From NCBI GenBank assembly GCA_026770705.1, contig JANJGN010000033.1, positions 14,818,001-14,882,000 on the forward strand: DNA of 64,000 nucleotides. The letters run 5' to 3'. A model generated the notes under the pieces. The model had not been told where the DNA came from, did no database searches, and saw nothing but the letters and a program-made list of their open reading frames with translations. This DNA comes from Isurus oxyrinchus (taxonomy: Eukaryota). The translations under genes and the position numbers were made by a program. Below are positions 1 to 12,285 of the stretch, piece after piece. Each line of letters begins with the position of its first letter. Position 1 is the stretch's first letter.

Positions 1-499
1 TCACTTCAACCAGCTGAGAGGAAGGACAGGCCGGCTTCTCATTCATGTGGGAAAGACGCGGAGTAGCACTCTGTACTAAAACTGGCTGCTCAGATTTTGT
101 GCTCAACCTCCCAGTCCCACGGACTGCACATGACCCCGCCACAGCGCTTTGCTGAGACAACGCTGAAGAAAAGCTTTTGGATTCGAGCTGCCCTTTCAAA
201 ATGGGAAATCGAACTTGGCCCACAGAAGTGAAAGCAATGAATCCCAACGGCTTCAGAATCCGAACGGGGCTTTGTCAGTGATGGGAGTTGCTGATTTGTG
301 ATATGCCGACATGAGCTCGGACAGAGGCATTTTAGAAAAGGTTAACCCAGGGAGAATCTTGGTTGAGAATTCCCGGATTCAAGTCGCTTAGTGTGTTATT
401 TTTCAACCGAGATAGCTTTAACATATAGATTGGTGTTTGCATTATTCTTCCTCGAAATCGCTTTGAAAGAACGTATTTCCATTTACATACAACCATATA

Positions 500-695
500 A
501 TGCCGGAAAAACTCAGCAGGTCTAGCAACATTTCTGGACAGAGATAAAGAGAGTTAATGTTCCGAGTCCGTATGACTCTTCGCCAGAGCTCTGTTTCTCG
601 CTCCACGGATGCAGCCAGACCTGCTGAGTTTCTGCGGAATTTTACGGTTTTACTTCTGATTTCCAGCATCCGCAGTATTTTGCTTCCATTTTATT
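500..695. mobile_element. Penelope-type palindromic repeat (paralogs ~25856-26050 and ~51400-51595; related copies at ~5630-5780 and ~7275-7376)
   Basis: Inverted arms aaactcagcaggtct / agacctgctgagttt with a GAGTC..GACTC stem and the tail gatttccagcatccgcagtattttgc. Confidence 0.6.
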
Positions 696-988
696 GTCCA
701 CACTGACTATCTCCAATTTTATGAGTAGAGAACTGCCCTCAGGACCCTTCCCTCAGAACTGAAACTCGCCTTCCGATTTACTGAACTAGGTTAAGGCGTC
801 CTGGCTCAAAACGTCTGTTGTTAAACACACACCCAGATTCCTGAATACATTGCAAAATTCCTCCGCACCTGAACGCCCCCTTGCGATCCTCTGAGATTAC
901 TAATAGACTCTTCGCCGTCGTCTTGTCAGTCAGGACACAGCTTCAGAAACCTTTCTGATTTTTGTTGGAGCCTCTTGAGAACAGTCAC

Positions 989-1110
989 TCTCTCCTTATA
1001 ATCTACACTAAATAGGAAAACTCCTCTGTGCTCCTCCACAAACATGTAATTCGCAGAACCGTCTCTTTCAGTTATTATACTCCACTGACGCCCATTATGT
1101 GACTGAACAC
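989..1110 (-). mobile_element. Possible Myb/SANT-like (trihelix) second-ORF remnant of the Harbinger element (paralogs at ~26345-26470 and ~51890-52015)
   Basis: NGRQWSIITERDGSANYMFVEEH...VDYKER resembles the W..IA..M...GY.R..EQC......YK pattern of Myb_DNA-bind_4/MADF proteins. In the duplicated units it lies ~1.5 kb upstream of the transposase relic on the same strand. Confidence 0.3.
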
Positions 1111-4100
1111 TCCAGAGGAGCAATAGAGATGCAGAAATGTTCGTAAGCGGCAAAAATCTCCCAGATAATAATGTAAATGCGAACAAATGACAACTAGCGT
1201 GATGCATGCTCCAGGAGTGCATTAGTGATCATGTACTGCTCTTCTGCTGCTACGAGACATGAGAACAAGGGTCTGCCTGCGCTATCTGATGGACTAAACA
1301 AATCCATGACATTACATAATGAGCAAGAACAGGAAGTTCATTTCTTTCCCTGCTCAATACTTATTCTTCAAACAATATCACTGAAAACTTTGTCTGATAA
1401 TTATGACTTTGCCTTTGTGAGACTTTGTTCTGCTTCATTTAGCTCATGCATTTCATACATTAAGACATTCCAAAGCTACTTCAGCATCGGAAAGGCGTCT
1501 TTTGGATGTCTTCAGATCTGTTTCCAGCGCAACTACAAAGGATATAAATATAAGACTTTCCTTTTTGTTTGTTTTTTTTTCTGTACGTGTTCAGTGGCTC
1601 TTGGACAGGATGTGAATATTGAATCGGTATTCACATCACTTCACTATGGCAACATGCTCCCGATTAACTGATTAGCTGCCAATCAACTGATTATATTGGT
1701 CCAAACCCCGGTATAGCACAGGAACCTCTGTCAAACACAAACATACGTTTTTCTTCTTGGCAGCCTGGTGGCAATACTACTGGAATAGTAACCCATGGTC
1801 TAGGGCTAATAATCCAGAAACAGCTCTCTGACAGAAGGATGTTTGGAGGTTCCTGCAATCACTATTCTTAGCTGTGGACTGTAACATGTAAAGTAAAAGG
1901 GCTTACTGCCACACAGCATTTCGGGCACCTTTGGTTTCTTTTTCACTCAGTGGCTTGGACCAAATTGGTGCTACAACAGAGTTCTAACACCATTCCAGAC
2001 GGGACGGATTCGGTCCCTGTACCTTACGCTACTTCTGGTGGAGATTGTGACCGTTTCAGAGTGACCAACCTTCAAGAAGTGAATGGAAGAAGAAGAACAT
2101 TATTTAAGATAAACAATAAAGATAAGGTCGAAGAAAATGGCGAGCAATGGAGCGTCACGGGTGAAACACCAGATAGGAATATCACAGCACTGGAAGTAGT
2201 GGACAGCATTAAATACAGAAAGCTGCTGAAAAGTATTTAATAATGATAGGCCAGAGTTAGGGAATTCACTTGTGCTATTAAATATAGGAAGATGCCAAAT
2301 CGAGGTTAAGAGTTACAATCTATCATGTGCATTTTTGTAAAGAAAGTTTTTTTCAAATGGTGTAAAGAATGACCACAGTTTCAGGAACCACAACCAGGCA
2401 TTCTGGACTGGAACATTGTAACAGAGAAAGGTTTTCACGTGGTTAACGTTGGAAGCTCAGAGAAAATATCAGGCATACAACAAAAACCAAGTCATTGCAG
2501 AAAAAGTCAGACGGCCAGAGTGAACTGTCGCATCTAATGGACCCACGGATACTCCCGGACTCTGAAACATGTGGTCAGTTTCTGCAAGAAGGAAGTAACT
2601 ATGAGGGGACGGGGCACGATCGAGCCATGAGGAAACAATGCATCCCTTAGCGTTTTGACTTTCTTCAGTAAGTGAAATCAGAAGTGAAACATTTTTTGAG
2701 ATGGATGCGCATCTTGTGTATATAGAGAAAAAATAGCACCATATCTTAGAGACTTTGGATACAATCTACAAGAGAAAAAAAAGATGACCTGTTAAATTCC
2801 AATGAATCAGTGTGACAATGTGATAGATTCCAGAAAAGAAATAACTGGTCATTCCATGGATATTATAAATCAGAACAGATTGTATTAAGGGTTGACATTC
2901 AGTTTGGAGATCCCAGGAATATGCTTGCGTTTAAACTGTTGGGTTGTCTCATACAGAGGGTCAACCAGTTTCAACTGGCGTCATGTTCTCGGAGAGGGGA
3001 ATCTTGTTGAATCACCTGTTTACCAGCTGAAAAGTAAAAGGGGGAAAGGGAGAAACAATCAGTTCCCGAACCTTCGTGGAGCAAATGACGTATCTGTAAT
3101 GAGATAAAAAATAGAATGTGGAAGAACTGACAAATTTTGAAGGGGTCTGGATTTTTGGCACAGCTGTTAGTTAGCACAACCGATTAAGAACAAGCAGAAT
3201 GATGATTAGCCTTTAGCTAATCTGACTATTTAAATTGAAGAAAAACCTGGAAGTAAATAACATGCAAATTAATCCAAGGGATGCTTGAGGAATAGATATA
3301 ACTCGATGAACATTATGGAGTACACTGTCCAACTTCAAGTAAAAGTGCACTTAAAATAACAAAAAAGAAGCGAAGAGAAATAGGATGAGGATTACAATAG
3401 ATCCAAGAACATTATACAGGTCGCCATCCGATTTAGTCTTATAGTTTTTGCTTAAGGTTCCTTTAACTTTGCCGTGTTTGATAGTGCTTGTACTCCAATA
3501 GTATATGGGAGATATTTGTTCCAACGTTAAAGTAATTCACGAAGTAATGAAGATTGATGCCAGGTTAATGAACATTTCTGCAATGTGGTTTACATTTGCC
3601 ATTGACAGCACACAACGGTCATTCAAGAAAGTTGTATTTTTACCAGATGAACTACAAAGAGTAAGTCAATTCATAATCTTTGATATAGTCTCTAGTAGAA
3701 TACCTAAGCTGCTGAAAAGGTTATACGAATAAATGTACCAACAGAACTCCATATGTAGCCTGATTATTTTGAAAGTCAATTGATGTATAGTTTACACAAC
3801 TAAAATATTATTGTGTCCTGTTATTATCAGAATGTTAGACAAACGTTAGTCAAGTCAAGAGGTAAGAATCAGAGGGAAAATGTCTTCAAACAACCAAGCA
3901 ACATTGATTACCCTGCTTGTCAAAGGTTAAAAATCCTGCTAATGAGATAAAAAGGTAATTTGCGACGAGGATACAAAGGTAATTGAGAAGCCAGTGAGTA
4001 GTGTGGATTCTGGAAATTGTATCACCATGTGCTAACGTACGTGGCTTTAACAGGGTAGTTTAAATGGATCATGGCCAGGCAGAACAGTGGTGGCATACAG

Positions 4101-7100
4101 CAGAATGGCTGGAGGAGAATGGACCAATTAATCCTTACAACAATTTACACGGCTATTGCAATTGGTTCTTGTCTTAAGAACTGGTGACCTATAGTCTTAA
4201 CAATTATTCTGGGCTATATTATTAGGAAAGATAATTTACTTTTAAACTTCAACGACACCCATGAAGACTGATAACTTTATAACAAGAAAAGACTCCTATG
4301 ATTCAAATGGAATGAAAACAGCTGGGCAAGGTTCCATTATTTTAAAATATTTACCATATTAAACCAAATAAAACCCACATAATTCAAAGACTAATGAAAA
4401 GTTGAAGAGTGCATCAAAAAGAAAGCTAAATTTCACTTTAAGAACTCTCCACAACAAAGAAACTTCACAGAGTTACAATCACTGGCATTACTTCCCGCAC
4501 AAATGGGGGGAACACATGCAATCTCAGTCTTTCCATATTTGCTCGACTATATAGGCTCTCACACATCCCACTCAATCATTTCAACCTCTAAATCACATTT
4601 ATCTGCGGCTGTATTCATTCGGAAGTCCCCAGATATGGTTACCAATGACAAAGTGCACATCCATATCTCCTCTCTACCTCGGGTCATCGGAGTCCTGAAG
4701 GCCCAAGGAAATCTATTCTCTGGCCCCTTTGGACAGTCTGGTGGGCTCTGACAACACTGAAGCAGCAGCTATCCACAGTCCATTGTCCTTCCTATCTTCT
4801 CTTTCCAACCGCACAGAAAACATAGTAGTACGATGTCTGCACGATTCTCAGAAATCTACGTCAACACTGGGATGTGTTCAAAGACACAGAGAACTGTTTA
4901 GTTCAGAAGGAACTTTGCTTGTTTCCTCTCTGCACGAAATCTCACTGTGTTCTGAACTGCCAGACAGACACAGTTCCACAGCAATTACCTTTGTATTTAT
5001 AATTTGTTTCTTAGCTTTTCATCCTATGGCAATCACAGGTCACATGGACATTTCGTGGGAGCTAATGAAGTCATTATCATAAGAAAATAAGAAATAGGAA
5101 CATAAGCAGACCATTCAGCCCCTCGAGCCAGTTCTGCCTTTCAATAAATACATGGCTGATCAGGAAATTTTAGAACCCTCTTTAAGAATACTCTTCAGCC
5201 TGATTGTCTCTTAAAGGAACATCACTCATTAGAAAATACAGACTTTCCCAGCACGTGGGTCATCAAAATTGCGGAGATCAGTAACAATTTTCATGTTAAA
5301 AAGCGAGAGGGAAGAACGGAACTGGAAATTAGAACCTCAGGACTTCTAGAGATAAAGAAATACTTTTAAAATGTGGGCGCAGCTTCACTTTTGGGAACTT
5401 TGCATCAATAAAGGCCACAATTAAGTGCTGAACCTTTAGCATCATGTGTCAGTTATGCTTCAAGAAGTTGAAAAAGTAAAAAAAATAAATTAACTGTTTA
5501 ATTAACAAATCAAAGTCTTTGAGATTAGCACAGGGTCACGGAAACACTTATTTCAAGGTTGTATCAGTATTGAGTGGGACATTTGTTACTATGGCTGACT
5601 TTCTTTTAGTCACTTCCCAACTGACTTTAAAACAGGAAATGTTGGAACATCATTTCTGAAGACAGTTCATTGGTTTGAAACGTTAATTCTGTTTCTCTCT
5701 CCTCGAGTGATGCCTAACATGTTGAGCATCCCCACCATTTGTTTTTCTTCAGCTTCCAACATTCGTAGTATTTTGCTCTGCTCCTCAGTGGAGACATTAT
5801 TTTAGTACTGGTTCTATAATAAGCAGTTATTTCTCGCTTTTCATTGTTTGTGCCTTGTTTTTTCTTTACCTGGACACCCATCTTATGCATAATCTACTAT
5901 GCTCGTCCATTGGTCGTGTTGGCTGTTATTAAATCATTCCTTTGTCCAAGTACTTGACAACAGCACGTTCCACAGGTGGTGGGTATTTATCATCAGCTAC
6001 AGTAGAAGTGATTAAAGATCTTTATAATATTCTAAGAAGTAATCACGTAACTAATGCCTTTTCCATAATCTCATGATTTGCTTAATGGTTGCATCATTTC
6101 ATAATTTGAGCCAACAAGCATGAAAATTTCCGCTTATCCTGCATCCTCAATCAGTACAGTTTCACCTACTGAACTGAAGAGCACCCATTCCAGTATTTCC
6201 CCCCCCCCCCGCCCCCCATCTCACTGAGCAACACTGTTATAACTATTAATCCAAGCATTGCTCATCCCACTAACACATTGTTTACAGTGATCAGCACTGA
6301 TTCACCTCTGCCACATATTCATCTGTTCAGTACTAGCGATGCCAGGATTATCTCTGTTGTGTTGAGAGCTTATACTTCACCGATAAGACCTAATGCTACC
6401 GGGTCCACTTCCAGACTATCTCACTGACCAGCATGGGTTCACTGATGGAGCCTAGTTCTACACATCGCACTACATGCTCTATCATGAACAGCAGGGTGAC
6501 TACAGAGATAAATTGTACATTTAATGCAGGAACGAGGCACCACTGATCCCAATGTTAATTTCCATTCCAGAGGCTGGATTTCATAAGCTGCGTTTCATAG
6601 TTAACATACATCTTAATTATCCCTGTTATATTTGGAAGAGAGAAAGTAGTCAGTACGATTGAAATAGAGTCAATGTCCAATAAAGCCTCTTAAATAAGAG
6701 CCACAGTACCCAATAAACAATATTAATACAGGCACCACTCCAGAACTTGTTACAAGGGTCTGAGCCTCTTAGAGTGTAACATTTCTCCAAGAGCCCAGAT
6801 ATATAGTCTTGGGATATCGGCGAATTTCAAATAAACATACGTTTAAAAGCTGATGCTGCCATTCTACCATGATATCCCAAAATATATAGGATAGTAAACG
6901 CCCAAGGTAATCTGATGACAGTTTATATGCAGCTAGTGATCAAATAAACGTTTTTACACAAAGGCAGATCGGCGTGTCAGCTCCCGAAACACAAATAAAC
7001 GTGATGTATGTAATACTCTGTTCTCCCAAGAAATATAGAATTGTGATTCCAACAACCCCAAATAAACTCAGATGCAGAGCGTGCTGATCAATGCAAACAT

Positions 7101-7642
7101 TTGTAAACCCAAGTATATAGGTTGCCTTTGTGCCATCATTTTAAAAGACGCTTCAGCAGCCCATGCATTTGCTAAGCCATACTCGCTCCATCTCCTTTAA
7201 TACTCTCCTCCCTGTTAAAACCATCACTATTGGAACGTTAATATAAAGGCACAATACGACAGATTCTGGGATTCTGAAACAAAAAGAAAAAATGCTGAAA
7301 AAAACTCTCCTCTGATGAAGAGTCATATGGACTTGAAATGTTAACTCTGTCATTCTCTCCACTGATGCAGTCAGAACTATTGGAACCTTGTCTGTTGCCT
7401 ATTAAACCCCTTTCTCCACTTCCTTAAGTCTTAGCGACACAGACTCTAACCTATTTGGTGGACAATTGGTTGAACCATTCACCCCGCAGATAAGGCGTTG
7501 AAAGGTCTTACATGTCATTAATAAAACATGCCACCTCATAAGCAATTGGGGAATACAAAGATAGCCCCTGCTTTCTCTCATCCGCGACACTGTTTCTTCT
7601 ATCTGATCCTCGACTGCCTCCTCAACTGACGCTCAAAATTCT

Positions 7643-8178
7643 TGTTAGGGCTAAGAATGTAGTACTGCATTATGATGGAATGGATTACTAAAATTGGAAT
7701 CGATAGGCAGGCCAGCACAACCAGTACATCAACAGTTAAACTGTAAAACCAAGTGAACCTTATGCAGTCTCGAACTTTGTACGCCCTCAAGTTTTGCCAT
7801 CACCGCCGAGGTTCTGGAAATTAGATAGGAGAATTAGGTTGGAGAACAACTAAGCTTAAGCATGCACTTCAACAGATATAGCAAGGACAGGTGGTCCCAG
7901 CTTAGATAGGAGGAAATGTCTCTGCCTGGGTGAAAATAGGAACATACGATGAATGTAACTATTACCAGACATGGCTGTTTAATGTAAACCTATATGCTGA
8001 CGAGATCGTAATCTGATGCATGTTCTTATACATGACCAATATTGTATAAATATGGTGAGCATGTGTAATTGCTATCTCAAGCTGCTTTGAAATGGTTCTC
8101 TCCTTGCAATGTTTCGAATAAACAATTGGGACCTGTACCTGAGACTCCGGTGGTCCGTTTGTCATAGTTACCACGACA
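7643..8178 (+). mobile_element. Solo LTR (536 bp) with 4-bp target-site duplication TTCT
   Basis: Termini TGTTAGGG...CCACGACA; TTCT at 7639-7642 and 8179-8182; TATAAATA at ~8045 and AATAAA at ~8117. Confidence 0.8.
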
Positions 8179-8736
8179 TTCTCTTGAAGTTTTAAGACCG
8201 GGGCCAACAGTCCAGCTGCATCTGTCGCTTCCAATCTCGTTCCCCTATACCACCAATGCAGAGTTCCACATATTTCTCTAATTCTATCCCACATCTTTCC
8301 CTCCTTTCTCCAAGGTTATTTTACCCATGAGAACGAGTTTTTCCTCACATCGTCACATCAGAATTTGCCCAAGGATCTAACATTAGCCCATTCTTGTTTA
8401 TGTTTTACATTGTGGATGAGGATATCCTCTGGAAACGTAATATTGCCAGCAATGCCTCTCATTTGTGAGACTGCTTCCCGTCATGTAGTGCTAGATGAGA
8501 AGATACTTCCTCTAAATAAATATTGGGAAAGCCGAATGCATTGACGTCAACACCCGCCACAAAATGGCTTCCCCAGCCAATGATTCAAACACTCTGCATG
8601 GCAACTCTATGGTGCCCTGTTCCCAGGTGAGATTTTGACCAATAACAGCACCATAATTAATACCACCCATTTGCCCCTCCTTCAATTCGATCTATCCTGC
8701 GTCTGCCTCCGCTTATTCGCTGCTGAAAACCTCAGT

Positions 8737-9380
8737 TGCAAAACATGAAATATCCTGGGCTTCATTAATGGGAGTACACGAGCAAGTAGTTTATCTGAAA
8801 CCTGCATGAAACACTTGTTGGGTTTCAGCTGGAGTGTTATGTCCAGTTCTCGGTGTATTTTAGGGATGATGTGAAGGCTTTGGAGAGGGTGTAGAAATGA
8901 TTCACACAGAAGTTCCAGGGACAGGAAACTTCAGTTATGAAGATAGATTGGAGGGGTTGGCACTGCTTTCCATGGGGAATAGATGTCAGGAGATTTGATA
9001 GGGTTATTCAAAATCATGCAGGACCAGACAGAGCATTTAGGGAGAAATTGTTCACGGTCGTGAAAGGATGGCGTACGAAAGGGCACAGATTTAAAATAAT
9101 TAGTACAAGAAGGAAAAAAGCGTCGAGAGAAACAGCTTTTTCATGCAGCTAGCGGTTATGGCCTGAAACCCACTGCCTGAGAGTGTGGTGGAGACATTTT
9201 CATTCTAAACATTCAAAAGGAATTACAAAAAAAAGGCTGTTTCCTGAAAATGAGGAATGCGCAGGGTAGCACTGAGAAGGTGGGAGGATAGCACTAAGTG
9301 AATTATTTATTCAGAGAAATGGTGCAGATACGTTGGGACAAACAGCCTCTTTCTGCGTTGTTACAACTCTATGATTCTGT
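8737..9380 (+). mobile_element. CR1-type LINE 3' fragment nested in an L2 remnant (copy 2 at ~33796-34440)
   Basis: Typical CR1 ORF2 C-terminal and 3' UTR sequence (ttggagagggtgtagaaatgattcac..., gggcacagatttaaaataat, ending ctctatgattct). L2-like sequence on both sides (8640-8736, 9380-9985). Confidence 0.7.
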
Positions 9381-11059
9381 GCATTTTATGCTGCTAATAA
9401 TAACGATTCGAATGCATCCGTTGCCAAAGTTCCATGTGCTGTCCATAAGGAGATCAAAAGCTCGGGCTCAGTCGTTTTATGGCGTATGAAGACCTGTTCC
9501 TGATCCACCGCAGTGCTCACTGGCACTTCCGGGATTCTGGTTAAGCAGAACCTCGATATTTATTGTCATAGTTTTCAAATCCCTCACCCTCCTCCATGTT
9601 TGCAACTTCCTCCAGCAGCAAAAACTTATTTTATGGAAGGAAAATCCTGCAGATGCTCGAAACGTATTTCAAACTTCTAATCTACCTTCACTCCTCTTGA
9701 ACGTGTCCTGTTCTAACCTATTCAGCTTCAGGCGCCATACCTTCACATGCTAGAGGCCGAACGTTCACAATCCTTTAACAAAGCCACTCTGTGTCCAAAC
9801 CTTTCTTTTTTATCGTTTAAAAGACCGTTTAAAGCGGAACTTACAGACGAAATTTTTTATCATGTGCACTAATAACAATGTATACATCTTGTTAAATGTC
9901 TTATGGTAACACTCATGTGGAGCACCCTGGGACATTTTAATAATATAAAGACCCGCTGTAAGTTTAACGTTCTGTTGGTGTGTTGTTGGTGATCCTAAGC
10001 TCAGCAACCTGAGTTACCCAATATTGGTGATCCCAATATGGCCATAAGAAATGCACGCAGCAATAGGCTTTGGGGCAGATAATTCCAGAGACTCACCACA
10101 CTCTGAGTGAAGAAATCCTTCCTTACCTCAGTCCTAAATTGCCTGCCCCTTATTCTCAGACTGTGTTCGCTGATCCCAGGCACCTCAGCCATGGGAAACT
10201 TCCTTCCTGCATCTGCCCCAACGAGTACGGTAAGAATGATGTATGTTAAGGAAAAATAAAACCAGGTAGATAGGTGAATGATACAGAAATACCCAAGAAA
10301 ACCGGGATATTCAGGTTGTGAATCCTCAAGGAGACTGATAAACCACAATTATGAAGTTTGGTGTTCACAATAAATCCTGATAAGCAGGAAAATGATCAGA
10401 AGCAAGCAATCAACGTTCCCATAGCCGAGTAATTTGCAATTATTAGAAGGCCAGGTGTGATGGTTATAGAAACAGTTACAAATCAATGTAATTTTAATCA
10501 CCCATTAGTTCTTACATCGCCAATTTCAACTGTCCATTCCGCCCGAATTCCTTGAAGGGCCTTAAGTTTAATCTTTTGCAGCTTCTTTCTAAGTTTCAGT
10601 TTAGTTTTATGTGTGTCACGTTAACGTCAGGATATGATCATTTGATCTATCCTCTTGCTTTTTTAGAGAAATGTATTGATAATCTACGCTTGCAGTCCCT
10701 AACCGAATTTCCCTTTGATCCAGTGCTTGTGCAATAGTCACTGACACCAATAGTCTGAGAGGCGTTTTGCCGAAATCTATACGAGTTAGGGATCCTCATA
10801 TAATAGAAAAGAATTATGAGGCGAAGATTGAGTCAGTGAATAAACCGTGTTCTATCTTAAAGCAGGTCATTCAAGTCTTATATGACATTGGTCCATCAGG
10901 CCTCCTCCTGCTCAATAACTTCGATTGTAAATCATTTAAGTCTGAGCGTGGAACCACCTTCCGGTTGGCTGTTGCGCATTTTCCACTACCACACAAACCA
11001 CTTTCACCTGAGGATTAACGTACTCATCGGTGTAATAATGAGGAAAATGACCTTTTTAA

Positions 11060-12285
11060 AAGACGTTTTTACGTGGATGTGGGCATCATGGGCTAGCAAG
11101 CATTTATTTTCCACCCCTAATTGCTCTTGAGAAGGTGGTGGTGAGATGACTTCTTGAACCGCTGCAGTCCGTGTGGTGTAGCTGCACCCACAGTGCTGTT
11201 GGGGAGGGAGTTCCAGGATTTTGACCAAGCAACATTGAAAATATGGCGATATAGTTCCAAGTCAGGATGGTGTTTGAACTGGCATGGAACCTGTAGGTAA
11301 CGGTCTTTCCATGCATCAACTCTCCTTGCCTTTCTAGGTGGTAGAGGTTGCAGGTGTGGAAGGTACTATCGAATGAGCTTCGTGTCTTGCTACAGTGCAC
11401 ACTGCTGTCATGGTGATTTGGTGGTGGAGGGAGAGAATGTTGAATGTGATGAGTGAGATGCTAATCGTGCGGGCTGCCTGCCCTAGATGATGTCGAGCCT
11501 CTTGAGAGTAACTGGAGCTGCACTGATTCAGGTAAGTGGTGAATACTCCACCAAACTCCTCACTTGTGCCATGTCGATAGTGGACAGAACTTTGAGGAGT
11601 CAGGAGGTGAGTTAGTCGCTGCAGGATTCCCTGCCTCTGACATGCACTGGTAGCCATCGTATTTATATGGCTACACCAGTTCAGTTCCAGTCAATGGTAA
11701 CCACGAGGATGGTGATTATGGGGTTTCAGTGTTGGTAACGCCATTGAATGTCAAGGGGGAGATAGTTAGTTTCACTCTTGTTGGAGATGACCATTGCCAG
11801 GCACTTGTGAGCTGTGATTGTTACCTGACACTTATCAGCCCAAGCCTGAATATTGCCACGTTTTGGAACGGGATTTTACAGTAGCTGAGGAGTCAGAAAT
11901 TGGGCTCAACATTGTGAAATCATCCACAAACATCCCCACTTCTGGGCCCATGATGGGTGGAAAGTCAATGATGAAGTAGCTGAAGATTGTTGGGCCAAGG
12001 ACACTGCTCTGTGGAACTCCTGCAATGATGAAACTGGACTGAGATGCGTGAACTCCAACAACTTCAGCCATTTTCCTTTATGCTAGTTGTGACTCCAACC
12101 AAAGGAGTGTTCGCCACCTTATGCCCACAGACTGCAGTTTTAATCACGCTTCTTGACGCCATATTTAGTCAAATACGACCTTGATGTCAGGACAGCAATT
12201 CTCACCTCATTTCCTGAATTCAGTTCTTTGATCCATGTTTGGACCAAAGCTGTAATGAGGTCAGGAGCTGAGTGGCTATGCTGGA
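11060..12285 (-). mobile_element. 5'-truncated CR1/L2-group LINE with RT remnant (copy 2 at ~36105-37330)
   Basis: AGVPQSSVLGPTIFSYFIIDFP...VGMFVDD matches the RT GVPQGSVLGP...FADD motifs. The 3' tail 'caagagcaattaggggtggaaaataaatgcttgc' is at ~11095-11130. Confidence 0.85.

Larger units (their letters stand above)
1..4109. repeat. Older, more diverged paralogous block (homologous to 25361-29372 and 50903-55353); continues off the left edge of the window
   Basis: Position 1 'tcacttcaaccagctgagaggaagg' matches 25361 and ~50903. Colinear homology with the third copy ends at 'ggcatacagcagaatggc' (4109 vs 55353). It has many more substitutions and indels than the two main units show against each other. 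Confidence 0.9.

Noticed and set aside
6120-7120. Recurring cactga and cccaa/aataaac words
   Set aside because: Suggests very old tandem repeats, but I could not define a unit or period by eye.
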